This document shows positions 37,971 to 43,721 of a stretch of 64,000 nt of DNA, piece by piece. Position 1 is the stretch's first letter. Each line of letters opens with the position of its first letter. The DNA is from a virus. Both the position numbers and the translations under genes were made by a program. The notes under the pieces were generated by a model. That model was given only the letters and a program-made list of their open reading frames with translations. It ran no database searches and had not been told where the DNA came from. The stretch lies in IMG/VR virus record IMGVR_UViG_3300034122_002094, one strand, 5' to 3'.

Positions 37971-38031
37971 CGCATTACCTTCGGTTGGCGATGTGTTGGA
38001 ATGGCGTCCTGGTGTCGGGCGCAGGTTACAG

Positions 38032-38106
38032 TGTGTAGGGAGGGAATCGAACCCTCGACCCCAGGATTAAGAATCCCATGCTCTGACCTAGCTGAGCTAC
38101 CCACAC
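38032..38106 (-). tRNA. tRNA-Lys(CTT)
   Basis: Cloverleaf, loop TT-CTT-AA. Confidence 0.92.
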
Positions 38107-38111
38107 AAAAG

Positions 38112-38193
38112 AGGAAGAGGTGGGGGTCGAACCCACAGCCCTTGACGGGCGACGACTTAGCAAGTCGCTTGATGCGCCAGTTTCCGCTCTTCC
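38112..38193 (-). tRNA. tRNA-Ser(GCT)
   Basis: GGAAGAG acceptor, loop TT-GCT-AA, long variable arm, weak D arm. Confidence 0.8.
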
Positions 38194-38204
38194 TTTTGAC
38201 GACG

Positions 38205-38480
38205 TCAGTGCTTGCAGACTACCGCGAGGCAGTCATACTCATCGAGCAGGACAGTGTCGACGCCCTGGAAGGTGATCTCCTTGCCAGTGTGGACCGGGTA
38301 CAGGACGACGTCGCCCTGATGGACCAGATCCTTGTTGACGCCGGGTCCGATCTCCAGCACTTCGCCCTGACGAACGTCGGAGTACATGGGCGCAGCGAGG
38401 AGGATGCCACCCTCAGTCTTCGACTCGAAGGGGATGGGGCGAACGAGGATACGATCGCGGAGCGGTTGCAGATGACTCAT
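38205..38480 (-). CDS. groES: Co-chaperonin GroES-like protein
   Basis: LQPLRDRILVRP...KTEGGILL...GEVLEIGPG...GDVVLY; GGAG RBS. Confidence 0.9.
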   Translation of the reverse strand: MSHLQPLRDRILVRPIPFESKTEGGILLAAPMYSDVRQGEVLEIGPGVNKDLVHQGDVVLYPVHTGKEITFQGVDTVLLDEYDCLAVVCKH

Positions 38481-38505
38481 GGGACTCCTTGTTTTTTAGA
38501 ACCAG

Positions 38506-38578
38506 TCTGGGTGACAGGACTCGAACCTGCGTGTTCTGGTTCCCAAAACCAGCCGTTGACCACTAACGTAACACCCAG
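38506..38578 (-). tRNA. tRNA-Pro(TGG)
   Basis: C1-G72, loop TT-TGG-GA, A73. Confidence 0.88.
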
Positions 38579-38640
38579 ATGCTGCCGACCGGGTTTTAAT
38601 CGGTCGGCTCTACTCCTTCTACACTTGGTAGATGAGCTGA

Positions 38641-38726
38641 TGGTTGATGCAGGATTCGCACCTGCTGACGTTTGTACAGACGCCGCCTCGTCCGCGAGGC
38701 CTCCGCTACTACACGGCCCTTCAACC
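38641..38726 (-). ncRNA. tRNA-like RNA with closed-down anticodon loop and long variable arm
   Basis: GGTTGA/TCAACC acceptor, GCCTCG-CGGA-CGAGGC arm, GCAGG-TGCGAAT-CCTGC T arm. Confidence 0.55.
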
Positions 38727-38728
38727 AA

Positions 38729-38884
38729 GGGCAAGGCGTGGAATCGAACCACGTTCTCTCTATCATCTCAGCGATGAATCCAAGACGGGACACTCGCGCC
38801 TACTTCCGGCTCAGCGGTCGGCCTACCCGTCTCTTCAATCAGAGCGATACGATCAGAGCGTTCTACCTCATGAACTACCCTGCC
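38729..38884 (-). ncRNA. tRNA body with a ~90-nt structured insertion at the anticodon loop
   Basis: Canonical acceptor (GGCAGGG/CCTTGCC), D arm (GTTC/GAAC) and T arm (GTGG-TTCGATT-CCAC); the insertion contains a GAGACGGG/CCCGTCTT stem. Confidence 0.7.
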
Positions 38885-38911
38885 ATGTGCCTTTTTAAGG
38901 AAGGCTAACCT

Positions 38912-38988
38912 TCGTCGACGTGAAGGGACTCTCACCCTGCTCCCAGACCCGAAGGTCTCGCGCTCGCTCACCGGCGAGAAGTCAACGA
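38912..38988 (-). ncRNA. tRNA-like RNA with a UUCG tetraloop in place of the anticodon loop
   Basis: TCGTTGAC/GTCGACGA stem, CTCGC/GCGAG arm, AGACC-TTCG-GGTCT arm, AGGG-TGAGAGT-CCCT T-like arm. Confidence 0.5.
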
Positions 38989-39069
38989 TGCCAGAAGGTG
39001 GACTCGAACCACTGACCTGCCCTTGCCCTAGCGGAACGTGGGCCGCTCTACCAACTGAGCTATTCCGGC
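38989..39069 (-). ncRNA. tRNA-like RNA with enlarged (17-nt) anticodon loop
   Basis: Canonical TAGCTCAGTTGGTAGAGC D arm and TTCGAGT T loop; GCCC-N17-GGGC. Confidence 0.7.
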
Positions 39070-39079
39070 CATCGAACAG

Positions 39080-39173
39080 TCGCCAGGTGTGGCATCGAAC
39101 CACAACCTTCAGTTCGCTCTTCTCTAGTAGGAGACGAGTCTGATCTGATGCTCTACCCTAGAGCTCCCTGGCG
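39080..39173 (-). ncRNA. tRNA-like RNA with an extended hairpin replacing the anticodon loop
   Basis: CGCCAGG/CCTGGCG acceptor, GCTC/GAGC D arm, TCAG...CTGA enclosing ~30 nt, T loop TTCGATG. Confidence 0.65.
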
Positions 39174-39292
39174 GGAATTTTCGCCAGAGTCTTTTTACAA
39201 GGACTGGCTGCCTTGACTGGAGCTTGTTGGGCTTGGTCGACATTACCCAACTGGCCGTTACCAGCGTACCGCACACCTGTGACAGTGTGGGA

Positions 39293-39359
39293 TGCCAGGA
39301 GATGGACTTGCACCATCACCACCAACTCCGCGTTAGTGTGCTGCTTACACTACCCTGGC
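39293..39359 (-). ncRNA. Minimal tRNA-like RNA with 5-nt anticodon loop
   Basis: GCCAGGG/TCCTGGC acceptor, short D loop, CTAAC-GCGGA-GTTGG, GATGG-TGCAAGT-CCATC. Confidence 0.55.
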
Positions 39360-39444
39360 GATCGCCATTTTTGCTGGATGGCTTACCAGTTTTGCCTGAG
39401 CTGTAAAGGTCACACTCGTGAGTGATCGCTGTGAGGCCAGGCAG

Positions 39445-39518
39445 TAGCGGTGGTGGGATTCGCACCCACGATCTCAGACTTATGAGGCCTGCGAGGACGG
39501 CTACTCCTCTACACCGCA
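39445..39518 (-). tRNA. tRNA-Met(CAT), initiator-like
   Basis: Loop CT-CAT-AA, 1:72 mismatch, A11-U24 pair. Confidence 0.8.
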
Positions 39519-39591
39519 AGCAAGTGAAGGGACTCGAACCCTTAATCTCCACCGTGGCGGGGTGGCGCGCTACCAATTGCGCTACACTCGC
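39519..39591 (-). tRNA. tRNA-Gly(GCC), atypical loop
   Basis: GCG acceptor start, loop CC-GCC-AC, U73. Confidence 0.85.
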
Positions 39592-39616
39592 GTTCGCTCT
39601 ATCGAGCGATGAGCAG

Positions 39617-39645
39617 ACTATAACAACTGCTCTGGAACCTGTCAA
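39617..39645 (-). promoter_or_regulatory. Sigma70-type promoter
   Basis: TTGACA-N17-TATAGT upstream of tRNA-Gly(GCC). Confidence 0.85.
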
Positions 39646-39677
39646 CAGATTTTGTCAGAATCTTTTGACCTCGAACA

Positions 39678-39755
39678 TCGGCGCCCTGAGAATCGAACTC
39701 AGTTGCTTTCGCGGCGGGGTTACAGTCCGCAGCTCGTCCATCGAGCATGACGCCG
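39678..39755 (-). tRNA. tRNA-Tyr(GTA)
   Basis: Loop CT-GTA-AC, variable arm, C1-G72, A73. Confidence 0.85.
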
Positions 39756-39761
39756 TCATGG

Positions 39762-39846
39762 TTGGTCGCCCAGGAATCGCACCTGGCGGCGCATCACACG
39801 CCACCGCATAAAATACGGACCCTGCCGCTTAGCAGGCCTCGACCAG
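39762..39846 (-). ncRNA. tRNA-like RNA with long D stem and long variable arm
   Basis: TGGTCG/CGACCA, CCTGC/GCAGG, CCGT-ATTTTAT-GCGG, GGCGT/GCGCC, CCAGG-TGCGATT-CCTGG. Confidence 0.55.
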
Positions 39847-39920
39847 TGTTCTGGGAGGGGCTTGAACCCCCGACCTGATGGTTCGTAGCCATCCGCTCTA
39901 TCCAACTGAGCTACCAGAAC
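39847..39920 (-). tRNA. tRNA-Arg(ACG)
   Basis: Loop CT-ACG-AA; GGATA D loop (A20). Confidence 0.92.
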
Positions 39921-39928
39921 AAGACACA

Positions 39929-39999
39929 TAGCTGGTGGCAGAATCGAACTGCCATTAACCGCTTATCAAGCAGACGTTTTACCACTAAACTAACCAGCC
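39929..39999 (-). tRNA. tRNA-Ile(GAT)
   Basis: Loop TT-GAT-AA. Confidence 0.85.
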
Positions 40000-40008
40000 T
40001 CACGAACA

Positions 40009-40082
40009 TGCCGCCTCTGAGAATCGAACTCAGGACCTGCGATTTACAAAATCGCTGCTGCTACCAACTGAGCTAAAGCGGC
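40009..40082 (-). tRNA. tRNA-Thr(TGT)
   Basis: GCC acceptor start, loop TT-TGT-AA. Confidence 0.9.
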
Positions 40083-40182
40083 GTCGAACGCTTGCACTTT
40101 TAACGTGAAGGGCGTCAACCTCCACAAACATTCTGACCGGATGACTTCTTTATTTAACGTGGGAAACATCCTTCCGCCACAA

Positions 40183-40254
40183 TTGCCAGTCTCGGGATTG
40201 AACCGAGGACCTTGTGCTTGTAAGGCACCTGCTCTTCCGCTGAGCTAACCGGCA
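40183..40254 (-). tRNA. tRNA-Val(TAC)
   Basis: Loop CT-TAC-AA. Confidence 0.88.
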
Positions 40255-40327
40255 TGGACCTTATGGGAATCGAACCCATCAAAAACTGCTTGCAAGGCAG
40301 CCGTATTCCCCAGCTTACTCAAGGCCC
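40255..40327 (-). tRNA. tRNA-Ala(TGC)
   Basis: G3:U70, loop CT-TGC-AA. Confidence 0.88.
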
Positions 40328-40328
40328 T

Positions 40329-40402
40329 TGGGGTGTCCGCCCGGAGTCGCACCGGGACGACCTGCTTCACAGGCAGGTGCTCTTCTGTTGAGCTACGAAC
40401 AC
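40329..40402 (-). tRNA. tRNA-His(GTG)
   Basis: Loop CT-GTG-AA, C73, encoded CCA. Confidence 0.85.
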
Positions 40403-40404
40403 AG

Positions 40405-40475
40405 TGCCAGATAGTGGAGTCGCACCACTTCATTCGGGGTTTCAAGCCGACGCTCTACTGTTGAGCTAATCTGGC
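40405..40475 (-). tRNA. tRNA-Phe(GAA)
   Basis: Loop TT-GAA-AC with C31/C39 mismatch. Confidence 0.85.
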
Positions 40476-40504
40476 GAACAGCCGCTCTCGCAGCCGACTT
40501 CTTT

Positions 40505-40533
40505 CTTCTAGTCGAGGCCATCGCAGCCGTCAA
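40505..40533 (-). promoter_or_regulatory. Probable sigma70-type promoter
   Basis: TTGACG-N17-TAGAAG; shares upstream CTTTCTCGTTGAC with the promoter at 36258. Confidence 0.55.
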
Positions 40534-40634
40534 CGAGAAAGAGAAGATTTTTACACTGGGACGTCTGCACCGCTGAATTCGATTTGTAAGCCGCCGAATT
40601 TTTTAGGTTCGAGGGCTCATCCTGGAGCAGACAG

Positions 40635-40706
40635 TATCGGCACCGGGGATCGAACCCGGTTCTTGGCCTTGAGAGGGCCGAGGTTTACCATATAACCTAT
40701 GCCGAC
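40635..40706 (-). tRNA. tRNA-Glu(CTC)
   Basis: Loop CT-CTC-AA. Confidence 0.88.
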
Positions 40707-40840
40707 AAAAAACGGAGCGCGCCATATTGTCCCAAGGCTGTGAGGGCCTCTTTGGTGTGGGTCGCAAATCGTCGCTCCGCGCAGTCCCGTATGCCAAGCC
40801 CTCACGCATTGGCAGAGGCGGGTGCTGCTGTCGAAAAAGC

Positions 40841-40902
40841 AAACGCGGGCTGCCGAGACTTTATTCACCCTGAGGTGTTTTTTGTCTCGGCAGCCCGCGT
40901 TT
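40841..40902. terminator. 19-bp inverted repeat after the tail tube gene (terminator or processing stem)
   Basis: AAACGCGGGCTGCCGAGAC / GTCTCGGCAGCCCGCGTTT. Confidence 0.6.
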
Positions 40903-40924
40903 TTCACGGGCGGGTTATCTTCGG

Positions 40925-43168
40925 TCAGGGAGCGACCACGTCGTAACGTGAGCGGTTGACGAAGAGAACCGTCAGAGCCGAGCCATTGTAGCACTTGTCG
41001 ATCATCGCCATGATCGGGAGGTCATGGGTGACCATCGAGTCGCGACCCTCGATTGCCGGTGTCGAGCCGGTGTAGCGGCAGCGGGGGCAGAAGAAGTAGG
41101 CCTGGTTGGGGATGCCAGTCAGGTCGACGCCCTCGCACGACTGCTCGATGGGCTGAGCACAGCGCCACTCGATGGCGAACTTTGTGCCGTTCTTGAACTT
41201 GGTGTGGTTGGCACCGTTGTCGAACTCTACGTTCAGGGTCGCATCGACATCGCGCGACTGCTCAGGGAGCTCGGCGCGATACTGATCACCGTGAACGTAC
41301 TTGCCCTCTTCCATCGTGTTGGCGATCGTCAGAGAGCTCGACAGCACCTCCTCGATCTCGCCGTCGATGTAGATGATCGACTGGTGCTGAACCAGCGCTC
41401 CGAGCTGCGGCTGGACGATGCCCTGAACAGCGAAGTCCTCAGTCAGCGCCAGCGTCGACGTACCGGTGCCAGTTGCACCAACCACGATCTCTGGGCTTGC
41501 GCCATACGCCAGCACCACCGTGATGACACCGAGGGCCGAGACAGCACTCTCGACAGACAGGTCCTCAGCGATGAGCGCTGCGACGCCTGCGGCGATCGTC
41601 GTGTTGGTGTCGGCACCCGAGGCGACGAACTGGTACGCGCGACCATCGATCTCGACATCGTACTCCTGGAGGTTCGCAGCCGTGCCAGCGATGGTGATCG
41701 TGTAGGTGCGGCTGCCCAGGTTTGCCCATGCGAGGCTCGTGCGCAGATCGACGTTCTCGTTGCGCAGGTGCAGACGAGTGATCGAGGTGTCACCGGTGGC
41801 GTCGTCAGCGAGCTGGTTGACATACAGGCGGACGGTGCCGTCTGCGTTCACCATGATCGAGTTGACCTGGATGTTCGTCTCGTTCTTGATGGTGATCATC
41901 GCTGGAGACTCCAGATCGATCTGCACGCCCAGCGCATACGCCGGGACGAGCTGGACGAACTGGTCGGCCTCCTTCACGAGGATCGACGCAGCGTCAGGCG
42001 CCACGTCAGCCACGAGACGACCCGAGGCATACTCGCGACGACCCATGAACGAGGCGCTGGCTGTGAGGATCGCCTGCTGCTCGAAGTTCGTGACGAGCTG
42101 ACCGATCTTCTGACCGGAGTTGGTCATCACGACCGCATCCTTGTCAGCCTCCAGCGTCAGACCTGGGGGCTGTGTGCGTCCGCCGTCGATGAAGTGAGTG
42201 AAGATCTCGTACTCATCGCCAGGGAAGTTCGCCGCATCGAGCTTGCGCAGGACCCATGCGCCCTTCTGCATACCAGCGATGACAGGGAACGTCGTGCTGT
42301 CACGGTTGATCGAAGGTGCGATGATGACAGCATCACCGACAGCCAGAGCAGCAGCGGGCAGACCCGTCGCGTTGTCAGCAGCCCAGTCAGCCTGGAGCAG
42401 CCAAATGTCGGTGCCGTTACCCGATGCAGGCTGGTCATCAGCCTGGTAGTAGCGGACGCGGACACGATTGGGACCGACATAGGCGATACCCTCTGTCGCC
42501 AGCGGCGGGTTCACCAGCAGACCACCTGGGCCTGTGATGCGCTGGAGGCGAACGCGGAGAGCAGGCGCTGCGGAGTTCGGCGAAGTGGTGCTGGAGACGC
42601 CCAGAGCGGTGATGTACGTCACGACCTGTGGGTTGCTTCGCTGGTAACGGATCGGCTGGCCGCCATCGAGATCGACGAGCGTCAGGAGGCCGTTGCTGCG
42701 GTAGACGTAAGCGATCGCAGGATCGAGCGTCGTGTAGTCCTCGTCGCCCTCCTGTGGGAAGCGGATCGGCGTCTCCTGGAGGAACTCGTGGATGTAGCGC
42801 ACGAGGTTGGTGCCGACGACGGGGATCGTGGTGATGACGTTCTCGCCCTCAAGACGTGCATGGTAGCCGCCGTCACAGCGCTCAATGAGCTGATAGTCGC
42901 CCAGAGCGTTGTAGTAGAGCATACCAGCGCCATCTGGGCCGAGCTCGAACTCGACGTCGCCACCGACATCGAACGTGCCAGGCAGCACGTCGTTGCGATC
43001 GCGGAAGCCGTTGATGCCCTCGGACTCCAGGACGTTCTCTGTCGAGCCCAGCGACTCCGACAGGTGCTCCAGGCGGTGCGTCGGCTTGACGAAGACACCG
43101 AACTGGCTCTCCTGACCGAACTTGAACTGCGAGCGCGCGCCAGCCGCTGCGTTAGTGAGCTTACCCAT
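40925..43168 (-). CDS. Major tail (tube) protein with inserted domains
   Basis: GQESQFG...GTFDVGGDVEFEL N-terminus and SLTIANTM...RDVDATLNVEFD C-terminus typical of tube proteins; lies after the neck genes. Confidence 0.7.
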   Translation of the reverse strand: MGKLTNAAAGARSQFKFGQESQFGVFVKPTHRLEHLSESLGSTENVLESEGINGFRDRNDVLPGTFDVGGDVEFELGPDGAGMLYYNALGDYQLIERCDGGYHARLEGENVITTIPVVGTNLVRYIHEFLQETPIRFPQEGDEDYTTLDPAIAYVYRSNGLLTLVDLDGGQPIRYQRSNPQVVTYITALGVSSTTSPNSAAPALRVRLQRITGPGGLLVNPPLATEGIAYVGPNRVRVRYYQADDQPASGNGTDIWLLQADWAADNATGLPAAALAVGDAVIIAPSINRDSTTFPVIAGMQKGAWVLRKLDAANFPGDEYEIFTHFIDGGRTQPPGLTLEADKDAVVMTNSGQKIGQLVTNFEQQAILTASASFMGRREYASGRLVADVAPDAASILVKEADQFVQLVPAYALGVQIDLESPAMITIKNETNIQVNSIMVNADGTVRLYVNQLADDATGDTSITRLHLRNENVDLRTSLAWANLGSRTYTITIAGTAANLQEYDVEIDGRAYQFVASGADTNTTIAAGVAALIAEDLSVESAVSALGVITVVLAYGASPEIVVGATGTGTSTLALTEDFAVQGIVQPQLGALVQHQSIIYIDGEIEEVLSSSLTIANTMEEGKYVHGDQYRAELPEQSRDVDATLNVEFDNGANHTKFKNGTKFAIEWRCAQPIEQSCEGVDLTGIPNQAYFFCPRCRYTGSTPAIEGRDSMVTHDLPIMAMIDKCYNGSALTVLFVNRSRYDVVAP

Positions 43169-43171
43169 TTG

Positions 43172-43717
43172 TTACACCTTGTAGGGGACCGTGGATGTGT
43201 AGTCGACCATCTCACGACTATAAGCTGCGTGAATGATGGCGGTTTGCGTCAGGAGCATCTGCTTGACAGCATAGTGTTTATCGACAACCAGAACCTCATG
43301 AATGTTTGCGCCATTGACCAGCCCGTTGAGGTTCTGGTTGCGCCGCACATGGTCCGTCAGGAACGAAGCCACTGTCATGAGATCAACTCGTGTCTGCTGA
43401 GACGTATTTGAGCTGTGAATGTACTGGATATTCACAAAAGCAAGCTGGTGAGTTCTGAAGGTGACGCCAGGGGTCTGTTGCCCGAGAGCTGGAGTATCAA
43501 ACGTCACACGGTTCACCCAGACATGCAGCGAAGGGAGCGACTCGATCGGACCAACATCTGGTGCGTAGCAGTAGTTGGTCGATGGATAAAACTCCCGGAG
43601 CTCAGGGATGGACGTGAAGGCCTCCAGACAGATGTCGGTGACGTTCGCCACCAGATCCGTCATCCAGCCCTTGCCCATCCGAAGCGCGTTCTCGTTCGGA
43701 GATACAACGTGAGCCAT
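43172..43717 (-). CDS. Tail terminator / neck protein (putative)
   Basis: Size and position immediately before the tail tube. Confidence 0.5.
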   Translation of the reverse strand: MAHVVSPNENALRMGKGWMTDLVANVTDICLEAFTSIPELREFYPSTNYCYAPDVGPIESLPSLHVWVNRVTFDTPALGQQTPGVTFRTHQLAFVNIQYIHSSNTSQQTRVDLMTVASFLTDHVRRNQNLNGLVNGANIHEVLVVDKHYAVKQMLLTQTAIIHAAYSREMVDYTSTVPYKV

Positions 43718-43721
43718 GTGA

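Noticed and set aside
40086-40181. Pistol ribozyme, suggested by GTGG...CCACGTTAAATA
   Set aside because: P2, P3 and the cleavage-site strand could not be found; kept only as a pseudoknot motif.
35209-40994. Short ORFs across the RNA island (e.g. 37719-38777, 36656-37027, 39422-39811)
   Set aside because: They overlap tRNA or ncRNA genes; only Pth2-HD and GroES look like real proteins.
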